From the NCBI GenBank assembly GCA_965198235.1, contig OZ240248.1, forward strand, positions 384,001-448,000: a stretch of 64,000 bases of DNA, given 5' to 3'. Shown here one piece after another: positions 1-9,893 of this stretch; position 1 is the first letter of the stretch, and each line of letters starts with the position of its first letter. Made by a program: the position numbers and the translations under genes. The stretch is from Candidatus Poribacteria bacterium (lineage in GTDB: Bacteria > Poribacteria > WGA-4E > WGA-3G). The notes under the pieces were generated by a model. It worked only from the letters and a program-made list of their open reading frames with translations, was not told the origin of the DNA and did no database searches.

Positions 1-20
1 TGCAAAAGCAGGCGCCTGTT

Positions 21-431
21 ATGGATAACGATAACGTTGATGGTATCGCGAAGAAGGTCCTTTGGTCCAATAAACAGATTGCGCTGACGCAGCTAAAAAC
101 TGCCTTAAAGGCATTAGAAGATTCGGAAAGCCCAGTAGTTCCAGAGAGTTATCGTGGTGTCTTGAATCGGATACATGGCGATTTCAAAAGACTTGATGGC
201 GGTATGACGCTTTATCACGAATTGTTGACAGCGTGTACCAGTGAAACCGTAGCACTTGAAACTATCCTCGCATTGAAACAGGAAGTTGAGGAAATTGACG
301 CGCTACTGTCGCACCACGAGACCGAATTACAAAAGTTAGAGACGGACACCCAAACACAATATGAGTTGTCGAAAATGGCACTGTCAATGTTTCAAGAGCG
401 TTTTGAAGAGTTCAAGGCAGGTTGCGAATAA
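21..431 (+). CDS. hypothetical helical/coiled-coil protein
   Basis: 136-aa ORF with ATG, Glu/Leu-rich helical character, 18 bp upstream of the epimerase. Confidence 0.65.
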   Translation: MDNDNVDGIAKKVLWSNKQIALTQLKTALKALEDSESPVVPESYRGVLNRIHGDFKRLDGGMTLYHELLTACTSETVALETILALKQEVEEIDALLSHHETELQKLETDTQTQYELSKMALSMFQERFEEFKAGCE

Positions 432-449
432 CCATGAAAAGGAACAGAT

Positions 450-1442
450 ATGAAATATCTCGTCACCGGTTGCGCTGGATTTATTGGATGGAAAGTGACG
501 GAATTTTTGCTCGAGGCCGAGCACACCGTTGTTGGGATCGATAACTTAAATGCCTCGTATGACACGCAGGTCAAGCAGTGGAGGCTTGAGCAACTCGAAG
601 GCACCCCAAACTTCCACTTCCACCGTTCAGACATCTGCGACCGGGATGTGCTGCGGACGATATTCGAGGGGGTATCCACGAGAGATACCCCTACATTTGA
701 TGCTGTGATTAATCTTGCTGCCCGCGCCGGTGTGCGGCAGTCCGTTGAAAACCCGTGGGTCTACATTGATACGAATGTAACCGGCACGCTGAATCTACTG
801 GAGTTATGCCGCGAATTTGAAGTGAAGAAATTTGTGTTGGCATCAACATCAAGCCTATACGGTTCAAATAACAGTCTGCCATTCAGTGAGGAGACAAATA
901 CAGATGGACCGTTGTCCCCTTATGCTGCCTCGAAAAAAGGTGCCGAGTCGATTTGCCATAGTTATCACCATCTCTACGGCATCGACGTAACAATTTTCCG
1001 TTTTTTCACTGTGTATGGACCCGCTGGCAGACCCGATATGAGCGCGTTTCGCTTTGTACATTGGATTAGCGAGGGGAAACCGGTTACCGTCTATGGCGAT
1101 GGCAAAGAATCCTCACGAGACTATACCTATCTGGATGACATAGCAAGAGGGGTGATTGCAGGGCTGAAACCGCTCAAGTACGAGGTGATTAACCTCGGTT
1201 CCGATAGTCCTATTGTGCTTATTGATACGATTCAGTTGATAGAGGAACTGGTTGGGAGAAAAGCCGAACTCTCACACCAACCGTTTCATCCGGCGGATGC
1301 CCGCGCGACGTGGGCAGACATTCGCAAAGCGGAAAAACTTTTAGGGTGGCGACCCCAAGTCAGTTTTCGTCAGGGTATCACCGCACTTGTGGAGTGGTAT
1401 CAGGCGAATCGCGAATGGGCAAAGCACATCCAGACAGGCTAA
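450..1442 (+). CDS. NAD-dependent epimerase/dehydratase (UDP-glucuronate 4-epimerase-like)
   Basis: TGCAGFIG Rossmann motif, LAARAGVR, YAASKK catalytic motif, RFFTVYGP-GRPDM. Confidence 0.93.
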   Translation: MKYLVTGCAGFIGWKVTEFLLEAEHTVVGIDNLNASYDTQVKQWRLEQLEGTPNFHFHRSDICDRDVLRTIFEGVSTRDTPTFDAVINLAARAGVRQSVENPWVYIDTNVTGTLNLLELCREFEVKKFVLASTSSLYGSNNSLPFSEETNTDGPLSPYAASKKGAESICHSYHHLYGIDVTIFRFFTVYGPAGRPDMSAFRFVHWISEGKPVTVYGDGKESSRDYTYLDDIARGVIAGLKPLKYEVINLGSDSPIVLIDTIQLIEELVGRKAELSHQPFHPADARATWADIRKAEKLLGWRPQVSFRQGITALVEWYQANREWAKHIQTG

Positions 1443-1470
1443 ACAAACCGTAGCCGTGTCTTGTGAGCCG

Positions 1471-2058
1471 TTATTGCAATAGGACAACCGCCTTTTTTAA
1501 TGCATTTGCGTCTACCTTTATTTTTGCTATTTCTGCTTCGCGTTGAACATAGGTGAGCGTATGTTCCGGACTCATCGGAGCGGCAATGTCTTGAACAATC
1601 TTATGGAGACGTTTCACATCGGCTTTCTTGATGCCGGTCTGTGCTTCAATACGGGTATGTAGCACGGCGGGGGATTCTGGTTCTTCAACGGGTGCTGCAC
1701 GTTTGGAAGGTGCTTTACTGGTTTTGGTCTTTGATTCCGCTGTGGCAGAAGTCGGTGTCTTCGCACGGCGGGTCCGTTTTCGAGATGTCCCCTGTTTGGA
1801 TGCCTGAATTTTTCCTGTCTCCAGTGATTTGACCCCACATTCCTTACACAACTTCGCTGTGATGTCAGCCAAGGTCATCGTTACAATCATTTCTGTGATT
1901 GCGCCACAGAGTTCGCATTCGTCGAGGTTTTCGATGCTTGTAAGGATCTCGGCATGTATTACGAGCATCTTCTCTTTGTCGGTTTTTGTCTGCTTCTCTT
2001 TCTGACAGAGTACGATCAATTTCTGTGCTGCTTTTTCAATTGTGTCTAAATGTCCCAT
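1471..2058 (-). CDS. hypothetical protein with two CxxC motifs and a basic low-complexity linker
   Basis: CELCG...CKECG; K/R/T/S-rich middle. ATG at 2058 preferred over GTG at 2082. Confidence 0.7.
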   Translation of the reverse strand: MGHLDTIEKAAQKLIVLCQKEKQTKTDKEKMLVIHAEILTSIENLDECELCGAITEMIVTMTLADITAKLCKECGVKSLETGKIQASKQGTSRKRTRRAKTPTSATAESKTKTSKAPSKRAAPVEEPESPAVLHTRIEAQTGIKKADVKRLHKIVQDIAAPMSPEHTLTYVQREAEIAKIKVDANALKKAVVLLQ

Positions 2059-2135
2059 GTTTTCCCCAAAGATGCGAGGCACGGTGACCTCAAGGTAAGA
2101 TGTTCTTGAACGTTATTTGTAGGCGAGATTTCTGA

Positions 2136-2348
2136 TTTTTAATTTATGGGCCTCCTCTCGTTTCTCCACTACGTTCCGAAACGGTGTTTGGTGAAGGGCA
2201 GCGTGACCGGGGACCTGTCCATTAGAAAAACAGAAAACCAAGCCTGAAACGTAGTAGAAGGGTTTTGCTTGGGTGTTTCTTCAGATCTACACAGAGGCAC
2301 GTCAAATCTCAAATTCACTCGCTTTAACCGCAAGGAAAATTAGAAAAT
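2136..2348. repeat. dispersed modular intergenic repeat (MITE-like)
   Basis: Shares TTTTTAAT(T)TATGG, CTCCACTACGTT, GCTTGGGTGTTTCTTCAGA and AACCGCAAGG..AATTA motifs with 9894-10211, 43506-43832 and 44905-45052. Confidence 0.65.
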
Positions 2349-2405
2349 CATCAAAGCGTGCCTGTAGGACACTCCAATGCGTGTGTCCTTTCACAATTAT
2401 TCGGT

Positions 2406-3983
2406 TTACGACGAAGCGATGAGGGCTTTGTCTATATAAAGTTTATACTCGAAACTATCTATCAGTGCCTCGCAACTTGCGGAGATAATATTCTCTGAAA
2501 CACCGACGGTACTCCAAATCCTTTCACCATCGCTCGCTTCAATCAGCACCCGAACTTTTGAACCAGTGCCAGCTTTCGTATCCAACACCCGAACCTTGTA
2601 ATCTATGAGCCGGACTGTCTGCAAGGCGGGGTAGAACTGCTCAAGTGCTTTTCGGAGGGCAGTATCAAGGGCGTTGACGGGTCCATCTCCATCAGCGGCG
2701 GTATGTGCGGTCAGGCCGTCTGGGGTCGTGACCTTTATGGTTGCTTCGGAACGCATGGCGAAGTCACTGAACTGTTCGATAATCACGCGAAAACCGACAG
2801 GCTCAAAAAAGGATTCATATCCATTGAATACCTTATGTGTCAGAAGTTCAAACGATGCTTCGGCGGCTTCGTATTGGTAGCCATCCTGTTCCGCTTCTTT
2901 GAGGCGTTTGAAGAGTTCCAGTACCTGTGGTGAATTCTTGTCGTAATCGGGATATTCCTTCTCGATTTTCTTCATAAGGGTGCCGCGTCCCGCTTGGTCG
3001 GAAACGAGAATTCGTTGCGTATTACCGACTGTTTCCGGCACGATATGCTCATAAGTGAGGCGGTTTTTACGGATGGCATCGGTATGTAAACCCCCTTTAT
3101 GCGCAAAGGCGGAACGCCCAACGTAGGGTTGACGTTCATCATGCGGGAGGTTCGCCAATTCACTGATGAGTCGGGACACACTTGTTATCGCTTGCAATTG
3201 CGTATCGCTGAGGCACTTTATTCCGAGTTTGAGTTGAATTGTGGGGATGATAGAGGCGAGGTTCGCGTTTCCACACCGTTCACCATAGCCGTTGAATGTG
3301 CCTTGCACGTGAGTTGCGCCTGCTTGCACGGCGAGTACTGAATTTGCGGCACCCATTCCTGCGTCGTTGTGGGTATGAATACCGACAGGTAATGACAGTT
3401 CGGCGAGAACGACTTCGACACCCTCCTGAATCTCTAACGGTAATCTGCCGCCATTCGTATCACAAAGGACGAGGCAACTCGCGCCGCCAGTGGCAGCGGC
3501 TCGTAGCGTCTCTATTGCATATTCAGCATCATCGGCGTAACCATCGAAGAAATGTTCGGCATCGTAGATGACCTCGCGACCATTTTCCACGAGATAACGG
3601 ACAGAACTCTCAATTAATTCCAAGTTTTCTTTTGCTGTGACGCGCAGGACATCAGTGGCATGGAGTCGCCAACTTTTTCCAAAGATCGTTATAGTTCTTG
3701 CCCCTGTATCCAGCAAAGCGGTTAAATTTGGATCAGCCTCAGCGGTATAGGTGGGATAGCGCGTGCTACCGAACGGTACGATCGTTGCCGTTTCCAGTGC
3801 CATGCCTTTTGCCCGTTTGAAAAACTCTATGTCTTTTGGATTGGAACCGGGATAGCCACCCTCGATATAGCAGATGCCTAATTTATCCAGTGCCTCTATG
3901 ATGATGAGTTTATCTTCAACAGAAAACGCTACACCTTCTGCTTGGCTGCCATCCCTGAGTGTTGTGTCGTAAAATTCAACCAT
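2406..3983 (-). CDS. cimA: citramalate synthase (LeuA/CimA family)
   Basis: DTTLRDGSQ, IEGGYPGSNPKD, YDAEHFFDG, HTHND, GERCGN, AFAHKGG, regulatory GDGPVNALD; start moved to ATG 3983 (MVEFYD). Confidence 0.92.
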   Translation of the reverse strand: MVEFYDTTLRDGSQAEGVAFSVEDKLIIIEALDKLGICYIEGGYPGSNPKDIEFFKRAKGMALETATIVPFGSTRYPTYTAEADPNLTALLDTGARTITIFGKSWRLHATDVLRVTAKENLELIESSVRYLVENGREVIYDAEHFFDGYADDAEYAIETLRAAATGGASCLVLCDTNGGRLPLEIQEGVEVVLAELSLPVGIHTHNDAGMGAANSVLAVQAGATHVQGTFNGYGERCGNANLASIIPTIQLKLGIKCLSDTQLQAITSVSRLISELANLPHDERQPYVGRSAFAHKGGLHTDAIRKNRLTYEHIVPETVGNTQRILVSDQAGRGTLMKKIEKEYPDYDKNSPQVLELFKRLKEAEQDGYQYEAAEASFELLTHKVFNGYESFFEPVGFRVIIEQFSDFAMRSEATIKVTTPDGLTAHTAADGDGPVNALDTALRKALEQFYPALQTVRLIDYKVRVLDTKAGTGSKVRVLIEASDGERIWSTVGVSENIISASCEALIDSFEYKLYIDKALIASS

Positions 3984-4284
3984 GTTGTTTTCACAGCAAG
4001 TTTTGGCTTGCATTTTTGAATATGGGCTTGCAAGCTTCACCCTACAATGCCAAAATTCAGTATCTCCTTTTATATTTTTGTGTCGTGACTCCTGTCTCAT
4101 CTGTCTACTGATATTTTATCACATTTCAGGGTAAAAGTCAAATTTTGTCTGCGTTTTACGGAGTGCCAACGGGAGCATAAAAGCCTTATGGTACATCTAT
4201 TTTGAACCTCTTAAAGTCGAAAATTATTAGTTGTAATCGGTTTGCATTTTGATAATTCATTCAATTGTGATATTATTGGAAATC

Positions 4285-5553
4285 ATGAAAGCATTTGCTA
4301 TTTTTCTATTTTGCGGTGCGCTGTTGCTCTCAGGTTGTGGGATATTTGCCACCAAGCCGATTCAAACCGAACCGCCGACAACTCCTGTAGACCCACTCGA
4401 AAGACTACACACCAATATTGATGCCGTTTTGGAGGAAGTGTTGTTCACAACTGCAAGCATCGGCATCAAGGTTGTTGCCGTTGAAACAGGGGAAGTGATT
4501 TACGAAAAAAATAGCCACAAGTTACACCACCCTGCCTCTACAACGAAACTCTTCACAGCAGCGACTGCTTTGGCGAAACTGGGGTCGGACTACCAATTTG
4601 AAACAACACTTTACGCTGATGCCGTTGTGAAGGGTGAAGTCGTAGGAAACATCTATCTAAAAGGCAGGGCTGACCCGGTGCTCCAACCTCAAGACATCGT
4701 GAAATTAAGCGATGCATTGCTTCAAATCGGTGTGAAGTCGATACAGGGTGACATCGTCGTTGACGAAACATATCTCGATGCCATTTGGGAAGGTCCGGGG
4801 TGGATGTGGGACGATAGACCGCTGTGGATCAGTGCTTTGAGTATCCGAGAAGTCGAACCCGATGCAAGCAAAATGAGCAGGGCACTTGCCTGTGGACATC
4901 TCTTGAAAACTGTGCTTATGGAAAAAGGCGTTAACGTAATGGGTGATGTAGTGCCAGGAACAGTCTCATCAGATGCACACAGCGTAGCGAAACATCTATC
5001 GCCGCCACTCGCCGACATTCTCAAACTGATGAACAAACCGAGTGACAATTGGATCGCTGAATTGATTTTCAAGACAATAGGTGCTGAAGTGATCGGTGAA
5101 CCGGGGACGTGGAAAAAAGGGAGAGAAGTTGTCACTGAGTTTTTGGCAGAAATCATGGAGGAACCGCCGATGCATCGGTTCGTTGACGGTTCTGGGCTCT
5201 CTCGGTACAATCTCCTCAACGCGGAATTGCTCACGAAGTTGCTCGTTTATATGTATCACAATTTTGAATTGATGCCGGAGTATCTGGCATCACTTCCGAT
5301 TGCTGGTGTCGATGGCACCTTGAAAAGTCGGATGCAAGGCGTGTCCGCCGAAAAGGTATTGCGTGCGAAAACGGGGACGTTAAGCGGTGTTTCTGCGCTT
5401 GCTGGCTACACCGTGACAGCAGACGATGAGGTGTTTGCGTTCGGCATTCTCATCAGCCATTATGTCGGTCCAGCAAGATCAGCGCGAAATATCCAAGATA
5501 AGATTGGGAATTATCTGACGGGGTTTAGTCGTCATTCTTCTATGAAGCGTTAG
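4285..5553 (+). CDS. dacB: D-alanyl-D-alanine carboxypeptidase/endopeptidase (PBP4, peptidase S13), lipoprotein
   Basis: PASTTK (SxxK), SDN, KTGT motifs, DGSGLSRYN; lipobox LSGC. Confidence 0.93.
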   Translation: MKAFAIFLFCGALLLSGCGIFATKPIQTEPPTTPVDPLERLHTNIDAVLEEVLFTTASIGIKVVAVETGEVIYEKNSHKLHHPASTTKLFTAATALAKLGSDYQFETTLYADAVVKGEVVGNIYLKGRADPVLQPQDIVKLSDALLQIGVKSIQGDIVVDETYLDAIWEGPGWMWDDRPLWISALSIREVEPDASKMSRALACGHLLKTVLMEKGVNVMGDVVPGTVSSDAHSVAKHLSPPLADILKLMNKPSDNWIAELIFKTIGAEVIGEPGTWKKGREVVTEFLAEIMEEPPMHRFVDGSGLSRYNLLNAELLTKLLVYMYHNFELMPEYLASLPIAGVDGTLKSRMQGVSAEKVLRAKTGTLSGVSALAGYTVTADDEVFAFGILISHYVGPARSARNIQDKIGNYLTGFSRHSSMKR

Positions 5554-5615
5554 GAATTAACTTCTCTGAGGCAAGTAAGAGCAACTGGAAGTGCTGCTCT
5601 ATTGATGTAATTTTC

Positions 5616-5644
5616 TTGACATATAGGTTTAAATACGCTATAAT
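5616..5644 (+). promoter_or_regulatory. sigma70 promoter, perfect consensus
   Basis: TTGACA-17 bp-TATAAT, overlapped by the direct repeat TAGG(T/C)TTAAATACG at 5624 and 5645. Confidence 0.7.
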
Positions 5645-5898
5645 TAGGCTTAAATACGTTGTAGTCGTTGCAATTTTCAGATTGCTAGGTAGATTTATTG
5701 AAAGCCTGCCAGTTTTTGTCAACTTTTTTCTATATACCCATACTTGGGCTGGGCATGGTATACTGAGGGTGGTTTTGGAATGCCGAGCAAATAAGGAAGT
5801 AGATGTTAACAAAATGTCCTCGCCTATTTTATCATAGCAAAAAACTTATGTTCATGTAAGGTTAACATATTGCATTACGACAGAGGAAACCAGAGATT

Positions 5899-6645
5899 AT
5901 GTTAAGAGCATACCTCGGGGAATTTACCCCTTCATCTGAAATCGAAGATGCTGATGGATTGGACATGCTTGGACTTGATACATTGCCCCAGGAGCAACTT
6001 GCGCCACATGCGCCATCGGCAGGAGATATCGATGAATTTAGTCAGGCACTTGGAGTCCAAGAGCAAGCACCTGTCAAATTTAGCTCGTCACCGATACAAG
6101 AGAGTTCTGATACTACATCAGCCATAGCAGGGCAGAGGAACTATGCGACTCAAGAAGTCAGTAGATTTCAATTGCTTGTTGCTGCTGTGGGCGCGCTTGT
6201 CAACGTAACTGAAGATCGACTCTTAACTACGCTGACAGAAAATGATCATCAAGGGCTTGTCACAGCATTAGACAAGTTAATCGATGTTGTTGGTGAAGAT
6301 GAAAATCATCTTTTTGCTCCATTGATGCATTTCATCGGTAAACTCATCGAGAAGTATGAAGAAACATCTAATGTGACACATCAATATGAATCCTTGGACA
6401 GAGAAGAAGTTGAGAATGAATTGCCTTTACCTGCTCAAGACCTTGAAGCCGCATATAGTGATGCCGAACCCGAGTACACGCTTGATATGCTCATCTCCGT
6501 AAATCCTGACTACGCAGGCCTTAACGAGGAAGGAACTGTCAGTTTACGTGTACCTGCGCGCGGTCTTGAGGCAGCTTATGGCAATGATGAACCCGAATAT
6601 ACCCTCGACATGCTTACCTCGGCAAATCCTGAGTATGATGTATAG
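5899..6645 (+). CDS. putative antitoxin: HigA-like helical segment plus two tandem 'LEAAY..EPEYTLDML.S.NP.Y' motifs
   Basis: Acidic protein; LDKLIDVVGEDENH..LMHFIGKLIEKYE resembles the HigA N-terminal helices; stop overlaps the start of the PemK-like gene. Confidence 0.7.
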   Translation: MLRAYLGEFTPSSEIEDADGLDMLGLDTLPQEQLAPHAPSAGDIDEFSQALGVQEQAPVKFSSSPIQESSDTTSAIAGQRNYATQEVSRFQLLVAAVGALVNVTEDRLLTTLTENDHQGLVTALDKLIDVVGEDENHLFAPLMHFIGKLIEKYEETSNVTHQYESLDREEVENELPLPAQDLEAAYSDAEPEYTLDMLISVNPDYAGLNEEGTVSLRVPARGLEAAYGNDEPEYTLDMLTSANPEYDV

Positions 6646-7339
6646 ACCCCCCAAACCTATCGCAGAGCGCGACGTAATTCTCGTTTATTTACTCGGAAAT
6701 TCCCAGTCCTTTCTCAATAGAGTTCAGGTATACCTTAGGGCGAGAGAAAAATTAGTTGGCCTGCCTCCTGAAGATCTGCAACGCCATCAAAAACGGATAG
6801 ACGATACGCTTGAGGCGAATTCGGATGATATACAAGCACTCTTGGAGTTGGCAGTGCTTCTTGAGATGCAGGATGATCTTCCTGAAGCAACAAACGCACT
6901 TGAGGATGTACTTGAGATACTCTCAGAACGTCAGGAGGACAGTTCTGATGTTTACATACCGCTAGGATCTCTGTATGAACGCCAAGAACGATACGACGAG
7001 GCACGCCATGCTTATGAGGAAGGAGAAAAGTCAGGATTAAAACTTAGACCTGCGATTTGCCTGCGAAAATTACCGCCGACTTATTATAAGGAATTCCTCG
7101 TTTGCGGCATAAGTTCACAAATAACGCGGAGCGAAGCGAATTTTGATGAAGTTGTTGGAAACACAGTTGATAATAGTGTAAAACTTAATGCTAAACAATC
7201 TGTGATTCGAGTCGGCTTCTTAGGGCGAGTCCGAACGGAGGAAATAGTCGGAAGTATAGGTGAGATATCAACTGTTCGCCACAGGCGTTTATTGAAAAAA
7301 TTAAGTGAGTATTTGGTTAATTCAAAACATCGCGTGTAG
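6635..7339 (+). CDS. PemK/MazF-family toxin with internal TPR insertion
   Basis: ERDVILVYL (beta1)...KLRPAICL, LVCGISS, SVIRVGFLG, IVGSIGEIS..RHRRLLKKLSEYL; ATG at 6635/6638 overlaps the upstream stop. Confidence 0.78.
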   Translation: MMYRPPKPIAERDVILVYLLGNSQSFLNRVQVYLRAREKLVGLPPEDLQRHQKRIDDTLEANSDDIQALLELAVLLEMQDDLPEATNALEDVLEILSERQEDSSDVYIPLGSLYERQERYDEARHAYEEGEKSGLKLRPAICLRKLPPTYYKEFLVCGISSQITRSEANFDEVVGNTVDNSVKLNAKQSVIRVGFLGRVRTEEIVGSIGEISTVRHRRLLKKLSEYLVNSKHRV

Positions 7340-7630
7340 TGTTTCAAACAGTCGTTTTACCGTTCCAAATTTCAATTGGATTGTAGTAGAATTTCCTCTT
7401 CTACTTTACTCACAACTACCATAGGAGAGTTGGGCTTTGTGATGCATTGCATGAGATAAAATGAAGTGCAAATTGCTGTCTGGTTTGAATCTCCGAGTAG
7501 AAATTGATAGTCGTAAATACCGCCATGCCCCATTCGCTCACACACAATTGTTCCTACTTGAAATCGGTGTCATCAAGCGGACTTGATCCCCGAAAACGGC
7601 ATGATGTGAGACACAACATCAAAGGTAACT

Positions 7631-9040
7631 GTGAACGCAAAAACGCTAATTGAAATCATAGAAAATATCAGTAATCTGCAGAAAGTTGGATCAGTAGCCG
7701 AAACTGTGCAAAAGGAACTGCAGAACACTCAATTGTCTCTGATAGACAGAGCGATAATTGATGCCTATCTGTTGCAACGGGATGGAAAAATTGCGGATGC
7801 CATGGAAAAGTGGCAATCCATCGTAAATATTGCAGAAGGAATAGATAATGAACTCGCTTCCTATGCTTGGTTTTCCATCGGCGGTCTCTTGTCGGATAAC
7901 AATCAAGAAGATGCCTGTCTCGCTTACGATAACGCGATTAGCCTTAAGCCGGATAATGCCGTCTACTACAACAATCGAGGAGCCACAAAATCACTTTTAG
8001 AACAATATGAGTCCGCTATTTCTGATTATAATGAGGCGATACGTCTGAATCCCGAGTATGTGGACGCTTATTACAATAGAGGATGGGCAAGAAGCGAACT
8101 CCATCAATACGAATCCGCAGTTAACGACTATAATGAGGTGATACGCCTGAATCCTGAGTATACTGATGCCTACTACAACCGTGCGAGAGCGAAAAATAGG
8201 CTCAAGCACCATGAGGCTGCAATCGCCGATTATGACGAAGTCCTGCGTCTAAAACCGGATTATGCAGAAGCTTACAGTAATCGAGGGATAGCAAAAGGGA
8301 CGTTGGGGCACCATGAGGCTGCGATTGCTGATTTTGACGAAAGTATAAAACTCAATCCGGATGGTGCCCATGCCTATTTTATGCAAGGGCATGCAAAGGA
8401 TGTCTTGGAACGTTATGAGGAAGCAATTGTTGACTTTGATGAAGGTATAAAACGCAAACCAGGTGATGTTTACGCCTACTTTAGGCGTGGCTCAGCAAAG
8501 ATTAGATTAGAATACTATAAGACTGCAATTATTGATTTTGATGAGGTCATTCGGCTTAAACCAGATTTTGCGCAAGCTTATTTCATGCGTGGACGTGCGA
8601 AACTTAAATTAGAACGTTATGAGGGCGCGATTGCTGATTTTGATAAAAGCATTGAACTCAAACCGGATTTTCCTGAAACCTACTTCTTACGTGGCTATGC
8701 CAAACATGAACTAAAATGCTATGAAGCTGCGATTGCTGATTTTGATAAAAGCATTGAACTCAAACCAGATGACGCTGAAGCCTATAACAATCGCGGTTTT
8801 TCAAAAATTAAGTTAGATCGGACTGAGTCAGCTCTTATTGACTGTGACGAAGCGATTCGTCTAAACCCATCCTTGGCTGAAGCTTATCACACCCGAGGCG
8901 AAGCGAATGCCCTCTTGGAAAGAATTCAAGAAGCAAAAACGGATTTCCAGAAAGCCTTGGAGTTAGCAGAACAAATCGACAACCAAGATCTCAAAACTGA
9001 GATTGAGGATTCGCTTCAAGAACTTAACAACGCCGAGTAG
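7631..9040 (+). CDS. tetratricopeptide repeat protein (~11 TPRs)
   Basis: Repeated AYYNRG...AIADFDEAIRLKPD units of 34 aa. Confidence 0.92.
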   Translation: MNAKTLIEIIENISNLQKVGSVAETVQKELQNTQLSLIDRAIIDAYLLQRDGKIADAMEKWQSIVNIAEGIDNELASYAWFSIGGLLSDNNQEDACLAYDNAISLKPDNAVYYNNRGATKSLLEQYESAISDYNEAIRLNPEYVDAYYNRGWARSELHQYESAVNDYNEVIRLNPEYTDAYYNRARAKNRLKHHEAAIADYDEVLRLKPDYAEAYSNRGIAKGTLGHHEAAIADFDESIKLNPDGAHAYFMQGHAKDVLERYEEAIVDFDEGIKRKPGDVYAYFRRGSAKIRLEYYKTAIIDFDEVIRLKPDFAQAYFMRGRAKLKLERYEGAIADFDKSIELKPDFPETYFLRGYAKHELKCYEAAIADFDKSIELKPDDAEAYNNRGFSKIKLDRTESALIDCDEAIRLNPSLAEAYHTRGEANALLERIQEAKTDFQKALELAEQIDNQDLKTEIEDSLQELNNAE

Positions 9041-9088
9041 AAGATAATTTGATTTTACTCGGTGAGTCAACCCGCCGTACAACTCTCA

Positions 9089-9868
9089 TCAATCAAAACG
9101 CGACGTAATATCGGGTGGTGGTTCTCCCACGGCAGACTCGCCATCCCGCAACAACGGCTCTGCATTGCCCCACAAGCGGCTTCCATCATGCGACAGAAGC
9201 GGCTCCGCCGAATACTGAGCAAGATAGGCGCGCCGTAGGTTGTTCGTGTAGTTCGTGCCGCTGCAGTGGAAATTGACACTCGTAAACGCCACAATGCTCC
9301 CCGCAGGCACGATGGCAGGCACACCCTTTTCCGGTCCAAAATAGCCCACCATATCGTTACTTTCATCGTCGCGAATGTGCTTTACCCACGAACGGACACC
9401 GATGTGGGAAAACGGCATCACGGAGACCGTCCCATTCTCTTCAGACATATCGTCAAGGGCACACCAACAGGTGAGGTACGGCTTGTGATCGGGATAGCCG
9501 ACGTAACCCGAATCCTGGTGCCAACTGAACTTCATTCCCTCTTCTGCTCCTTTGACGACGTACTGTTCCCAGAAGAGATACGCCGTATCGCCTAAGGTGG
9601 CGCGGCAGACATCTGCCATTAGGTCGCTGAACAGAAATTCGCGAAGTTTCGGCTGTTTCCTGAAGCAGTTTGAGACGAAATACCGCTTGTGACGATGATT
9701 GAGACCGAGGACATCCGTGTCCTGCCGATCCATCTCGGCATCCATCTGACCGATAAAAGTTCCGCATTCACCGCGGAGCAGCTCCAGAAGCGATTCTGGG
9801 ATAACATTCTCTAAAATGCAATAGCCTTCCTCTTGGAATTGCTGTTTCTGGGCATCGGTTATGTTCAT
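9089..9868 (-). CDS. phytanoyl-CoA dioxygenase (PhyH) family Fe/2OG protein
   Basis: FQEEGY, WHQD iron ligands, distal H (NFHCSG.N), RRAY. Confidence 0.9.
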   Translation of the reverse strand: MNITDAQKQQFQEEGYCILENVIPESLLELLRGECGTFIGQMDAEMDRQDTDVLGLNHRHKRYFVSNCFRKQPKLREFLFSDLMADVCRATLGDTAYLFWEQYVVKGAEEGMKFSWHQDSGYVGYPDHKPYLTCWCALDDMSEENGTVSVMPFSHIGVRSWVKHIRDDESNDMVGYFGPEKGVPAIVPAGSIVAFTSVNFHCSGTNYTNNLRRAYLAQYSAEPLLSHDGSRLWGNAEPLLRDGESAVGEPPPDITSRFD

Positions 9869-9893
9869 ATTTTTCCAATTATTAAGTTTTTGC

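Noticed and set aside
5540-5837. Short ORFs on both strands
   Set aside because: They overlap the promoter and leader region and show no coding features.
6548-6634. Extended N-terminus of the toxin from the ORF track
   Set aside because: It overlaps the antitoxin's conserved motif in another frame; the coupled ATG at 6635/6638 is more plausible.
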